Source: Rotaria socialis (taxonomy: Eukaryota). From it: a DNA stretch of 64,000 nt. The translations under genes were made by a program, and so were the position numbers. Each line of letters begins with the position of its first letter. The stretch's first letter is position 1. Shown here piece after piece: positions 1-20,521 of this stretch. The notes beneath the pieces were generated by a model. It was not told where the DNA came from and ran no database searches. It saw only the letters and a program-made list of their open reading frames with translations. The DNA is taken from positions 186,001 to 250,000 of the forward strand of contig CAJNYD010000012.1 in NCBI GenBank assembly GCA_905331295.1. Reading direction: 5' to 3'.

Positions 1-468
1 AAATATTGTACTCACATCTATTCCTTAGATGTACTAAGCTAATGCAAAATACCTCGTATGAACAATCTACTTTCCTATGTCTGTAGTGGGGTACCACAAG
101 AATCGAGCTTTTAACGATACACTCACCATGGTTTTCGAAGACATGTGAGCTCCACGGAAATTAGACTAAATAAATTTTTTATGATGCATATTTTCGTCTT
201 TTTGTAATCGATAACAACATATCTGTTGAGGACGTGTGTCGGTATGAGGACGCATGTTATTTAAACTAACACACCCACCCATCGTTTATCAAATGCTTGT
301 CTTTTTCGTCTTATTGAAACAAGCAGAAAATACAAAAAAAAACGATACTGTTTATTTTCCTAAGTTTTGCTTTTTAATAAATATCTCAAGCAAACGAAAA
401 CTATTTTATCTTCCTTTAAACAGTTCTATGCCCACTCATCGATATCCACTTCCTTGTATGTTACTCAC

Positions 469-6299
<5,831 letters not shown>

Positions 6300-8752
6300 T
6301 TTATTTTAATTTTTAAATATAAATCATCATTTAGCACCCTTAATACACAATAAGAAGTTCAAAAAAACTTTTTTTTGTATTAATTCTAACAACGTCCAAT
6401 TACCTGTTCTTTCACATTCATTCATATCGACGAAAAAACGAAATCTTAAATGATATAAATAAAAACAACGTCAATTATATTAATAAAGAACAAACAATGC
6501 CTAGAATTGAAAACAACAACTCATCCCTGTCCTACACTAAACAAATAAGCACATACATATATAGATATATGATGTGTATGTAATATAATATGACTCAATT
6601 TAACAACAACCTAAACGTCAAATGGACAATTATAACCGACCAATAGTCAAACGAGCTTATGGAACATTTCTATAGATGATCGCAATGACATCTAGCTAGA
6701 TGATGAGAGATTATGTATAGGAGAAATAAGGAAAAAAGTAATATTTGCCGTTGGCAGATTCTTTTTTTTCGTCTTCTTTAATCAATATCAGTAATGATTT
6801 ATGTGTAGATATTAATATAGCAGCAGACGTCTGCGAAGTACTTCAATAATTAGGAATTCTATGTGTCGTTGCTGATGTAAGAAACTTATCAAAAGAAGAC
6901 GAGAAAAATAATCAAGTACATGAGGATTTTTGTCTGATCGACAAAGACAAATATTTGAAGAATATTTTATTAGAAAATAATTTTCTATTGAATAATTAAA
7001 TAGTTCTTAAAAATAAAAAATTATTGTTTACTTCCGAAATGGGATAAACATATTGATGATAATGACAATTTTCATTGGTAATAAATTCTAGAACTTATTT
7101 GTTCTGCAAGCTTTTACAACAAACTCTCCTATTTATTTCAATCTAGACAATCGAACCAATAGCAAGCTTATTCTAAGAAGAAATTGACATGACAATGAAG
7201 CTATGTTTAGTTTCAATTAAAATTTGCTATTTAAAGATAAAGCCACTGGCTCGGATAAAATTAAATGGAGTGTAATAAAAAATTAACCGTGTTACTAACA
7301 TGTCTGGGGTTTTCATTCATGCAAACATCGATGCATGAGTAATGAAGGGTGAGGCTTACGTTTTTCTTTTCGGAACATTTAGTATACAAATTTCATCTAG
7401 TAACGAAACCCAATAGAGAATGTTAGTTCTTGATTAATACCTAATTTCGATGTTATTATACGTTATTTTTGATTCAGAGCTTTTCCTAGATTGAATGTAG
7501 TTCGAGAAAAATCGATTTTTAAAAAGCTCAAAAAATCCTTTATTTGGTTCTACTGAAAATTCTCGAGAATAACTGACTTATCTATAATCTTCTTCGCATT
7601 TTTAAAGGCTAGTATATATTTATTTAAACAAAAAACGCCCATTGGATGCACTTATAAATAAAAGATTCCTGTTTCCGTTACCGAGCACTGCCATTATTCT
7701 ATGAAGTTGTCATAGTACATACTTAACATGTACTAAAGGTAATGATGCTCATCTTTAATATCGATTGGTAGTAAAAAATATTACTTTATATGTCATCGCT
7801 CTTCAACTAATATGCTAATAAAAATTAATATTTTGATAAGACGTAGTAGTCATATGTGACAATAAAATTGGATCATATTTATTTTTGCTAGCTATGCATC
7901 TTATTTTTGATTCTGTCTCGTTGTCTGTCTTTCTTCATTCTAGTTTTTGGCCATCAATATGTAGGAAAAGAGAAAATAAAAGTACTAGTCGTAGAACGAA
8001 AAGAAAATACAGAAATGAGTTCATTAAATGTTCGATTCAGTTATTTATCCTTCATAAAATTCACTGGTCGACTATTTTACTTGATAGAATGAACTAGTCT
8101 CGAAATATTAAACCTTACAGAAGGCAGTCCGTCATGAAATGAACGCAATGAAGCAAATATGTGACTTCATCTATCGCGATTACTAGTAGTTCTGATTAAA
8201 ATTTTACTATGATCAACTGAACCAGAGAACAAAAAACAATAACAATTACGTATGTAATTAGTGTAAATTGAAAAAGGAAATTTCTTAGAGTTCCCTATAG
8301 AACATTGCAGTATCTCGACAGAATAATTTTCGCATACTCTAATTCCCAACAATGGGGGCAATTATCATTATTTATGTCACAATGATCGCCTTGTCGGCCT
8401 CGATATATCCTCTTGAATTGCTCTTAGGATCGTGTCGGCTCTAAATCATACCCTCGCTTGACTGAAGCTCGATCGTTTTTTATAGATGACATCGAAGCAG
8501 CTATTTCAACATCATCTAATTAAACATACTGTGAATCGAAAACAAAATAATTTCTTTTAGAATGCAATTGTTATTTTGCCAACAGATGAAAGCAAATCAA
8601 TAGAAAAAAACAATCAAAAGCTGATATAAAAAGTTCATAGTAGAGTGTTGTTTTTTTCCTATCGAAAACAAAGACTGAACCAATAAATATTTTTTCTTCG
8701 AGAGATTTTAGTCGACCAATTATTCAATATTTTAATATCACATCTAATGTGT

Positions 8753-11286
8753 TTATGTCTTCGAAAGACTTTCTTGGGTATTTTCTAGTGCACTATTTGT
8801 TGTTGATATTAATGGTAAACTCGGCGAAGAACCTGTAATTGGTTGTCTTATATGATCGATATTTCGACGAATTTTCTTTTTACGTTCTATACATATATCA
8901 AACAGACGATAATATGGTGTAAGAACGCGCCAATTGGAAATAGTTTTATTATTAAATTCTCGAATGAATTGATCATCGACTTTAATTTGTTTGCTTTCAT
9001 TTTCTTGCATAATCGATGATATCCATTGATCATTTAGTTTATTTAAATATTTTTCTTCAAATTTTACAAATGAAGAAACATTTTCTTGAAAAATTTTCTC
9101 CTTATGATTTTTTATGTTTAATAATAATTCATCTAAATATTTCATTTGATTTAAATCACCTAATTGATCTTTAAGATTTTGCGCATAGACAATATATTCT
9201 TCGGCACGTTGAAAATCTTTTAATTCAAAATAAATTTTCCCTAAAAGAATATTTGCTTCAATACGAAAAAGTTCTTCATTGGATAGTGTTGCATAATCAA
9301 GACATTCATAGGCATATATTTTTGCTTGATCATAATTGGCTAGATTTAAATGCGAAAAACTTAAATATTGATTCACAAATGCACGTTCACTATCCGACGT
9401 TGCTTTGTCAAGCATTTCATGAAATGATTCAATTGCGTCGGAATATTTATTGGCTAATATTAAACTTCGAGCTATATCAAATGCAGCTCGATAGAGGCAA
9501 TTAGCATCTTTTAATGGTACTAGAATTTCATAGGCTTGTTTATAATTTTCAAAGCTTTGATCAAATAATTTTATTTCATTGTAAGATTGTCCTACAAGTC
9601 GAAATGATTCAGCAAGCATCAGACGAGTACGAGAGTCAAGTGTGTTGGAAATATTTTCAGAAGAATGAAGACAATTAATTATTTTCATTGCACGATAAAG
9701 AATCTAAAGAAGAAAAATTTTTAGTGTTCATTTATAGCATCAGCTAGATTATCGTATTCTCTTAGGATGAAAATTTTGCGACATCTAAAAAGTAGATTCG
9801 AGTAAAGAAAAGTCTCATGCTCCAAAAATCAAAATTATCTGACTTCCGATTGATTAGCTTATGACTATACTTTCCGAGTCTTTTAATCAATTAACTTGAT
9901 TGACACAATACCGAGATTCATAACAAAAACTTTAGAAAAAAAGAAAAATCGTTTTCACTTGAAATATTTTGAATAATGCAATATCTAGACCGCTAGGATC
10001 AAACTCGAGACCTTTAGTTATCCTAAATCGCTATGGTTTTGTCTGTTGTGTACGACCAATTCTGATCGGTAATCGGGGCTTGTTATTTTTGACATTTGTA
10101 ATCTGACAGAATAAACATGTAACATAGAGACGGACTATTTTTAGTAGATTTTTCGAAAGTAGCGCAGCAAAACTTTAGTTATCGCACTATCCTACTTAGA
10201 ACAACTAATTCATTTATATACCTCTGTACTCTTCTCTTTCGATGGTAGTTTTTGTAAATACATAAGTTCTTCTTCAGCCATTCGAACACGATTACTACGA
10301 TCTATTTCTGATGTGCATATCATGTTTTCTCGTTTAAGATTTCCGTCAACATGAAGACATTCAGCTTTATCAAGAAATTTAAGTTGAGATTCGATAATCG
10401 ATATAGCTTGATGTGCTTCAGCTTTTGCTTTATCAAATCCAGTAAAACCTTATCAAACAAAAACATTAATTTGTCAAAATTTAAACAAAAATAATTGAAT
10501 ACACCAACCGACAGACGGTTGTTTATCATTATAGAGATTAATTAATAATTTCCGATCTTTTGCTACTTCTATTAAAAGTCGATTTGCTTCTCGGTTTGTA
10601 TATTCTGTTAATGGTATTTCAATCGAAGGTAATGATTTTCGTATTGGCGGTCGATTGAGCAAGTTTGCGTTTTGTTCGATTTGTTTTTCTTGAACATTAA
10701 CTAAATTATTGCTTACTGTTAAATGTACATGTGGATTACATATAGTACATTCAAGAATTTCTGTTGTTTTTCGAATGCCTTCGATACATGTTTGTTGTGC
10801 TGGTTTAACTTTATTAGCACGATGAAAATACATTAACGCTATTCAAAAAGAAAGAAACGTTTGGCTCGATTAAAAGAAAATTTTATTAGTCAACCTAATT
10901 CGAATTCTCCATCAGCATAAAGAACTTCAGCTTTCTGTAAACAAACATAATAAAAAAGAAGATTTGAATTTTTTTCTGGCTCTCCAATTAGATTTAATGC
11001 CAAATCTATATTCTAAAAAAGGCATTAAACTACACACACAAATTTTTTCTCGTGTTTGATTACCCGTATCTTGTTGGGCTTTATTAATACTACCCATTTT
11101 AAGATAAACACGTGAACGATCAATATAAGTAGCTGTATCATCGGGATTCGATGATAAAACTTTACTATATTGATCAAGAGCACCATACAATTGTTGTCGT
11201 TTTTCATAAAAACGACCAACACTTGTCGTCATATTATTTGTTACGGATTTCGATGCACTTCGTGGACGAGCAGTTTCAACTTTCAT
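8753..11286 (-). CDS. TPR protein, ODAD4/TTC25-like (outer dynein arm docking); about 5 exons
   Basis: Spliced N-terminus YIDRSRVYLKMGSINKAQQD...LQKAEVLYADGEFELALMYFHRANKVKP...CIEGIRK and RLLIEVAKDRKLL match the TTC25 N-terminal pattern. The last exon (ORF 8753-9688) has TPR helices. Confidence 0.75.
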
Positions 11287-12081
11287 TAAATAAATTTATA
11301 ATATAGAATATATTCTTCGAGTTAAAATTAGCGCCGATTTACAATATTCGTTTCTATAGTGGAGTAGCGAATATATTAAATATGATCGATATTTAGCCAT
11401 TTGAATAAGCCTAGGTTTTTTTTAGATTATTCTATCGCTATAAATTATCCTCAAGCATAAATACTTTGATCATTGATTTTACTTTTTTTTTAAAAGCTTG
11501 GAGAAATAATATTAAGTGTTTTCAAACTTTTACGAAGCCCGTAAATCAAGTCTCGATATGTTATAGTGCTTCGAAACAATTCAGTGCGAAATTAATTTCT
11601 TATCACGGTAGAGTTTGCTATGAAAATCAAATTAATTTTCTCACGCTGACATGTAATCATTCCCAGGATTTCCTAAAATCCTTGATTCCATGCGAAAAAA
11701 GCTCAATAATCAAGTTTGAACTGTAAGAAAAGACGCCTCTTGAAAAGATTGACTTCTAAAATATAGGCCCTAGAAAAATGCGCATGACATACTCTGAAAG
11801 GCCGTATTGAATGTGTGTTAATTCCATCATCCACTTCTGAAGCGGCGTAATAAAAAGTCAATGGAGACGTTGTCTTATTAGTTTTCAATTACTCAGTCTC
11901 AATCTCAATTGTCGTGTCGAAACAATCCAATCACATTGATTGTATTTATAAAACATACATAAAAAGAAGAAAGGCAAGAGTCTCATAAAGTATACTTATA
12001 AGATTTCTCTTTCAATCCGGCAATCTAATCAAATAAAGTCAGAGAAGGAGAACGTGCAAACGAGAAAGTTACAAATCACAT

Positions 12082-13244
12082 ATGAAGAGGAGCATGAAAG
12101 GTTCAACTGAATTAAGTCCGTGTCAAAGTCAAGCGATGCGTCTTAATAGACTTGAATATCGTCGTTTACAACGTGATATTAATATTATGAATAATGATTT
12201 ACGTGAAAATCTAAATCGTTTACAACGGCAAGCTCAAGATCTTCGATATCGCTATACAAAGTTTGTCCGTCTTGTAAGACCAAATCCATCATTTGCATCA
12301 TGGAAACTTGCGCAACATGGTCATCAAGCAGAACAAAATGAACAGAGGATTTCCTTAGGTTTGCTAATTTTTAAATTTTTATCTAGTTAGAAGCTGATAG
12401 GACAGATCGAAAAATAGCTCTTTTTATTTGCTGTTAGACTTATTTGGCTTCATCATCATTAAAAAAAGTCACCTTCACAGTTGTTATTAATTGAAATAAA
12501 TTGTAAACAACGCTGTTATATGTAGATGTCATGAGCGGGGCTTCGATTTCGATTTCTTTAATTTTATTGTAACACGAATGCATGTTTGTCAAAGTCTTCA
12601 GATTTCGATCGATGGAAACCATGTTTGTTTTTCATTGTATTATTTGTTTATTTTGAAGTCTTTAACTTCTATTGAATCAAAATATTAATTTCTCTGATTC
12701 AATCTATTCATATTTAGAATCAATAAATCTCAAACCAAAACCAAAATCACGAAAACAACAAGTTCCATCAAATGAAATTTCTCATGAAGCAAGTTTGCCA
12801 TTACTGGTATCACTTAAACCAGAAGCTAACGAAGAAGTTCTACCTATTATTGATTTAACTGAAACTATTCTTCGGCCAAGAACGTCACCGGTGAATAAAC
12901 GTTTACCCTATCAACATCGTGTAAAACCCGTGCCAACAACACGTCACAATCAACCTACTATGAATTCGAACAGGACACAACCATCCGATATAAGTTCGGT
13001 TTCTTACGTATCATCAATGGTTTCTTCAATTACTCGAACAGTAGTAACACAAGATAAAAATGTTCCTAAACAAAACGTATCTCATAACGATTCTCCACGT
13101 CGAAAGCCATTACTTAATCCACTAACTCAAAAATCTATTGAACGAACAACTCGTAACGACGCATCTCGATCAGTCCAGAAAGAATCAACAACAAACAATC
13201 GAACTTTTCGAAGAACTCTACGATCGGCTGATGCTCTCAAATAG
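12082..13244 (+). CDS. Uncharacterised two-exon protein: N-terminal coiled coil plus basic, S/T/P-rich disordered tail
   Basis: ORFs 12082-12390 and 12672-13244 can be joined by GT (~12359) and AG (~12718). Heptad-like RLNRLEYRRLQRDINIMNNDLRENLNRLQRQAQDL. Confidence 0.7.
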
Positions 13245-13492
13245 ATATCCATCGAACAATTATATTCAAAACAGAACGTTGCATTTTTTCGATTATCAAT
13301 TGTATCATTATGTTGCAAAATATAAAGAAAAAAAAAAGAAATGCACATCTGGTTTCGATTTGTTTAGTAGAAATATTTCACATGAAGTTTTTTTTCCCCC
13401 CCGAGTGTCATTATATAACCGAATAAGATTGAAATGAAATCAGGTAGATAACTTGCTCGAATCAATATGATAATTTTATTTTTCTAGTTTTA

Positions 13493-16400
13493 ATGAGAAT
13501 TACTTTCTTGTTGATATTCTTTCAAGTTAATAATTCGATGCTGCAAAATTCACGTATAATATCAAATAAAACGTATAATATCGAAGAATATGGAACAGTT
13601 AATTTCGATTGTTCAATCGAAGAACATACATTAGTTGCATGGCGGGTTAGTCTGCACCATGATAATATTTATCGGTAGAATGAATAGTATTTTTCTTTTA
13701 ATTTCATTTTTTTTTTCTGTTGACTAAATTAGATATTATTATATAAATTCAAATTTTCAACAGAAACTCTCCGAACAAAATGAAGATAAACCAAGAGATG
13801 TTTCATTCGAAAACGATTTACGTACGATGATCTTTTCTAATGTAATAATCATGTGTAAATAGTAAACATTTCAATATTTTAGGCTTGATTATTTATCTAC
13901 AGGATGGAATTCTCGAGTAAAGTTAAGAAAAGAAATTGAATGAACAATACTCATAGTTTTAAACCAAAGTTGGAGCGATCGACACCAGTCTGATGACGTT
14001 CGAACAGTTTTCTATTAAGAGTTATTGACTAAATACATATGAAAACAACCATAGAGATTTATAAAGATTTCCTCCTTTTCAGAACATGCCAAAAAGCAGC
14101 TTAGCTATTTAACGACGTCGGATAATGACATCAACTTAAGATGTTTTTAATTCAATCTTCTAATGTATTCTGGTATGGCATGGCCTACCATATTATATAT
14201 TCTCTACACAAAACTAATATCATGATTTTTATATTTAATTCATCCAACTGAAAACTAATACGATAATGGATACGAGCTATTTTAAGGTCAATCATTAGAC
14301 TGCTCAGTTATTAAACTGCAAAACGAGAAAGATCGTATGTCAATATCTTCCTAAGATGCTTCCCTTCGGTAGACAACCGATAAAAAAATTAGGCATCAGA
14401 AATAAATATTAATTCTCTATGCTTCATTTAATATAATTTCAATTTGTTTTTCTTCCCTTGTTTAAGGTACGTCAATGGATAAATAGTGCGTTTGAAAACA
14501 TTCAATGTGTTATCTATAATAGTAAAAAGAACCTTTTTGAAATAACAATTTTCTATTTAAATATTTACGGTTAGAATATTAATTTCAATTTTAATAAAAA
14601 AAAAAATTTTTTTATCTTTCCAGTTGCTCCGTTTCTATTTTCATTAAATATAAACGATACTTCTACGAATGATCAATCTATATTTTGGTTCGATAATAAA
14701 CAACGTATAAATATTCTGTGCGAAACATATTCTTATCCTAAATCGATATTACAATTAAGCTTAAATCATCAAATAATACAAGCCGAAGAAACCATCGATT
14801 GTGTGTATGATGATCTTTCTACTATTTTACTATCAAATCTATTATGTCTTTCACAAACAAATTGGCGTATACGTGTCCGAATAAACACAACATTGTATCT
14901 ATCAAGAGAATACAATAAAAAAAATTTAACATGTTCAATTATTAAGTTCCCGTATGGAAATATATGGAAATACTCAACGAGTATTGAATTGGTTGAAAAA
15001 AAAGGTAAGAGTAGATTTGTGAGAAAAGCGCTCGATCGCTGCTCATGATAAAAGAACACTTCGCTAATGTGAGAACTAATAAAATTCACTTCAGTTTCAA
15101 CACTTATGATTTTCTTTTTCTGCGAGTTCACTGCCATTAGATAGGCGCTATCATTGCATATTGTCATTACTGAACGATTATGTCTCAACGGCAAGACAAC
15201 AAAGTAGGCGTTGAAAATTTTCTTTAGATGAAAATGATATAATATCATTATACGTATTAAAAGAATTGTTTTGATTGACGCAAGTTATTCATACACCTGC
15301 CAATCTACCATTTCCAGATATAATATTCTGTAACAGGTTATTTTCTACTCTATCGATAATCAGATTAATATAATTACTTATTTCCACGCATCTAAGCTAA
15401 AGTGAAATCTTATTGAACGTAGAAGTTGCCAACAAAAAAGAAACGAAGAGAATTCAACAGTCACGATGAAAACTAAAAAATGTCATCGATGAAACCTGTG
15501 GCAACTTATTAAGTGATATTATGAAAACAGACGTTGAAAGCTTTTCAATTGATAAATTGCTTTTTTATGTCTAACTTTATGATTTGTCTGGACTTAGAAT
15601 AGTAATCAATAATTTAAAAAGAATTCATATCCTGTACTTATTGTGCTTTCAATATAGCACAAATCTAGAATATCTATAACTTATTTTTATAATGCCTTCG
15701 AGACAAATTAATTTGTGACTTCAAACTTTCTAAAGAGATGGTCCCTTAGGAGATTATTTTCTGATTGTAGAATACTCTGATCTATTCGGCAATTAATATA
15801 TCAATGATATCGATTTATATGGTACATCGTATGATTGCACTTTTATCTAAAGATCGAATTAGCAACTCGATCTAAGGTATTCTATTCTAGCAGACTTCTG
15901 TTGGTAAACAAACTTACAGCTCGAAATTAAATTTGCTTGAGGCTAATCGTGATACGAAGATCTTTTAAGAGCTTAGAGATTTAGTATTATCACAGCAAGA
16001 ATTTTAAGTAGAGGAACTCGTTGCAAACTATGCATCACTCACTTTTGAATTCATTAATGCGCACACTATCGTGACTCTAAAAGAGCTTATCTGTTGAAAA
16101 GTTCCCCTCATTATTATCTTCATATTGAATTTTTACATTTCTTATGAACTGTTCTCAAGAATCTACATATTTCATCTTTTTTTGTATATAAAAACAGCGC
16201 TTCGTTGGCATCGACATGAACGATATACGATATTCCCTACTGACAAGAAAACAAGGCGAAAGTTGCGTACTTTTCGAATATCTGTTGCGTAGTTGTATTA
16301 TGAGGAAAAAGTAACTCCCAATAAATCAATGTGTACTCTTAAATTATTGCATACTATATTTATTGTTTGATGCCTATAATTTATTTTTTTTACCTTGTAT

Positions 16401-18186
16401 AATCAGAACTTCTTTTTTTTATTAGAATACTTTGAAAATTATCGGATGTTGAAAGCATTCATTTAGTCTATATATTCGATTACGGCTTTTGATTAGTTTC
16501 CGATAATAAAAAGTGCAACATGAAACGCATTAGTGATTGAATAGGATTACTAATCTACGAAGTTGGCAAAAATCAACGAGACTTGTTGGTTTTTCGCTTT
16601 TTTAGATAAGTATAATTATACATCAGTATGGTTTTCATTAGAAGTTTTAGAATAATTGCATAGCATCTGGAAAAAATCTCAATCAATTATTTGACATTTG
16701 ATATTACAACACAGATTTCAAGAATGCCAAAAAAATTGCACTGACATCTAGAAAAATATCATCCTACATTAACCTTGATGATTTATATGATGGCTTTTGT
16801 TTAAACACTAGTTAATCTCTAATCAATATTGATCACTTAGCAAACAAATGATATTAAGAATAAATATCATAACATATTGCAAAGAACAAAATGATGATGA
16901 TTTTGTTTTCTCTTTTATTAGAGAGGATATTACATTAAATAATCAAGTGTACATCTGTCACGTATTTCATCGAGTTTTCTATTTAGTCAATAGAACATGT
17001 CATTTCGTCGCTATGTGTTCTTTCAAACACATTTACACGATCTTAATTTAGACTAGAGATAGATAATTCGAATTTCTATTCAAAAACTAGAACGGGACTC
17101 GTACTAATACTAACGTATAAGAATTAAGAGAATTCCTCGAGGAATTATCGCTTGGACTATTATTTCTATATATTCTTTTTGTGAAGATTTTCGTATCGGC
17201 GCATTTGTAAACAATGCATTTTTGTTGCATATTCCGAATTTATGTCAGGGATCTTTCCGATAATCCGTTGCAGTCAATATATCTCGATAGACTTATGCCG
17301 TAGAAAAGAAATAGAAATTGCTTTTATGTTTATTAATTTGTAAGAAGCCGGAGAAACAGTTTTTATCGATCAGTGCATCATCGGAATAGCAAATTTATCG
17401 ATGGCGTACTCTGTTGTTCTATCCTCACCATTTAGTATACAGAAAAAGAAAATAGACTATAGGCTTTATTCACTCGAACCTTCTCACATCGATCGTATTT
17501 CTTGTTGACATTTGGATGATATATTTTATCGACTTTTTTCTTCTTTTGATTCTTAATAGAAAAATCTACAGAACTAAGCACCTTGTTAATATCATCCTTC
17601 AAGTTTTCCAGGTAATCAAAAAGTGATATCATTCATTGTGAAGCAGCTGTTCTTTTCTTTCTCATAAAAAAAGTAGAATTACAAATCAGCCAATAATCAG
17701 TAAGAATATGGAATAAATCAGTATGATGATGATGATGATGATTGTTATTGTTATAGACTCACCACTTGTGACATCGTCGATCACACAAACTACGACATTT
17801 GAAAAGTCGAAACGGACTATTTTAGGTTTGAATATTCGTTTGATTTTGTTTTCCTTCTCTTTTTGTACAACATGATGAGCTTATCATAGTTATTATGGTA
17901 ATTTACTCTCATCAATATTCTTTTCTTTCATATTATATGTTTTTGTGTAGAGTCTCACGACAGCTTCAATAAGACTATTTTTTTATAAATTAATTTTTAT
18001 GTTATTTTTTTTTTAGGAGATCACTACAAGCAAATTAGTTTTGCATTCATTGGTTTGATTCTACTATCAATTCTATTAGCCTATTCTATTTATAAAAATA
18101 AAAGAACAAAAGGTTGTTTTATTATCTGAAAATAACGTCTAATGCTTACATTTGTTTTAGTTTTTAACGTAGCATCATTTCAATAA
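13493..18186 (+). CDS. Single-pass membrane protein with Ig-like domains and very short cytoplasmic tail; multi-exon
   Basis: Hydrophobic N-terminus MRITFLLIFFQV; V-like GTVNFDCSIEEHTLVAW; C2-like INILCETYSYPKS...LYLSREYNKKNLTCSI (exon ~14624-15004); S/T stalk exon ~17757-17825; TM exon ~18017-18111 (ISFAFIGLILLSILLAYSIY-KNKR); last exon VFNVASFQ* ending 18186. Exon joins between 13650 and 14550 are less certain. Confidence 0.7.
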
Positions 18187-18659
18187 GGAAATATCGTTAT
18201 CTAACGGGTAAGTTAATAAATAGAACTAACAAAAACGATAAGAATATTAAAAAAAAGTGACAAGGAAACGTTTGAGCAGGATTTTTCTTTTTATTGAATT
18301 TCTCAAGTAAAAAAACCGCAAGCAGATTATCGTTCATGCTGTTAATGAGCTTGATACGCTTCCGTTTTTTTGTTTGAACAAATGTCTCATCAAAAAATTG
18401 GCTGACAGCATAGAGCAGAAGAGGGATCGGATCGGTTTTGAAGAGACGCCATTATAGTTTTACTCTTATGGTATTTCAATTGCTCTCTCTTTCTTTTTCT
18501 ACATTAGTTCTGGTTTGTTGTTCTTAACAATTATGTATGATTGTCTCCTATTTCTTCTCTTTTTTTTTCCAACGCTTATTATTTGCTCGGCTTATTTTTA
18601 ACCATAGTAATAATTATTACTCAACATAACTAAAGACCATAGTCATAAATCATAACACT

Positions 18660-20521
18660 ATGTCCGCTATGATAGATCATCCGTCGGAGTATTTTCGAAT
18701 ATTTCTTATTATCTTATTTATAATCATTGTTCTTATCGGTTTAATTGGTAATGTTCTTGTTTTATTATCTGTCTTAACAAATCATATCAAAATTCGTCGA
18801 TCATCAACAAATCTTCTTCTTGTTAATATGTCATGTGCTGATTTGATTATTCTTTGTTTTAATATATTCGATATTATGCAGTTTTCCTATGATCGTTCGT
18901 GGCCAGCAGCCTGGTATCTTGGTTTACCATTATGTAAAATTATACGTTTTTCTCAAGTACTTGGTTGCTATGTTAGTGTGCAAACGTTGCTTATTATTAG
19001 CATTGACAGGTAAATCAAAATAAACAAAAAAAAAAAAGAACAGAGGGAATATGTACATCTTTTTTTCTATAGATATATTGCAATAATTCATGCAGTAAAA
19101 CTTTCACATTCTAATCGATGTAAACGTCTTTTATTAATCGTTATCATAATATGGTCGATAGGAATTATAATGGCATCACCTAATTTGTTCTTACTTGTAT
19201 TACATCCAATTCATGATCGTGCCGAATATTATGTTTGTGGCTTATCCGATGACAAAACATATTCATATTTTGTTCTATTTTATAAATATGCGGAATCAAT
19301 ACTTTTCTATTTTATACCCATATTTTTACAAGTAAGCTTTCTATAGAACAGTCAATACTAAATTTTAAGAAACATTCATCTCGAGCGAAAACTTGCTGGA
19401 AAAAGTCTAGGTGTCAATGAAATCGAATGTATATATTCGAGATTAAGAAAAACAGAATATAAAAGTACGTCTGAGAGGTTTTTATTTCATATTACAAATA
19501 CAAAGAAATACTAATAGAGAACTCGGTATAAAGGTTATGACACCAACATAGAATGTATTTAAGATTAAGGTGATTTGTGTCCTTTATAATTTCAACTTGA
19601 ATGTTTTCTGTTATCGAATTCTCTGCGAGTTAAAAAGTTCGTCTTATCGAGTACGAAGAAATCGTTCTTATGACTAGATAAGCTAATAAAACCAAATTAG
19701 ATTATTTCCATACTTGCTTGCAACGGTTAAGCAAGTGTTCTGTCAGATTTGGATGCTTATTTCTTAAAAACAAATTCTCCTTTTTCTTCCATGACAACAC
19801 GTACTTGGCCCACTTTGAATTCAATGCCATTTTTGGCAATAGGACGAGTTAGATATGGATTTGTAAGTTTAACTGACTATGTGATTAGTTGTATATCCAT
19901 TCTTCAGAGTGCCATACCGACGAAATAGAATTACCGCAGACCTAACATGGCTCAACATGTTCTTTTCTTCTATAGGCAATACTTTATTTACTTATTTGTC
20001 GTAAAATATTCTTGGTCGATCGTGCCGTACAAGAATATTGCCGTGCTGATCAAATACAATATTCCATAAGTAATTCTCATCGACAAATTTCAGGAACAAA
20101 AACATCATCATTGCAGCCGGCACATTTAACCGACAATAATATCAGTTTAGTCCCAATGATACCACCACGTTCACAATCTCAGCTAATGCCAGTATCGACT
20201 TCAATGCATAAAATGGGCGATCAAGCACGTAGACGAGCGATTATTATGTTGCTACTGGTTACTACACTTTATTTTATTGCATTTTCACCAGCACAAATCA
20301 ATTTTATCTATACGAAAATAAATCGTTTACATCATTTATATGAAAATCGTCTGTTTTTTATCATGTCAATATTATTAGTTTTATCATCGACAGCTTTTAA
20401 TCCAATATTATTTTATATATTTAGCAAATTTTTTCGACATAAATTTAACATTATTTTACGTAGTCTATTTCCAATATGTCGTGTACGATCACGAAGATCA
20501 AATGAGTTTCCAATGATTTGA
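18660..20521 (+). CDS. Class A (rhodopsin-like) GPCR, neuropeptide-receptor-like; 3 exons (~18660-19009, 19073-19331, 19977-20521)
   Basis: GLIGNVLV (TM1), TNLLLVNMSCADL (TM2), W.LG..LCK, SIDRY across intron 1, ASP (TM4), RRRAIIML...FSP (TM6), STAFNPILF...FR (TM7/H8). Confidence 0.93.

Noticed and set aside
11330..11630. Possible RFX X-boxes (gtttctatagtgga, tttgctatgaaaat) upstream of the ODAD4-like gene
   Set aside because: Only partial matches, expected by chance in AT-rich DNA.
15700..17660. Coding-looking patches and short ORFs in the long intron of the Ig gene
   Set aside because: Many stops, no recognisable motif and no consistent exon structure.
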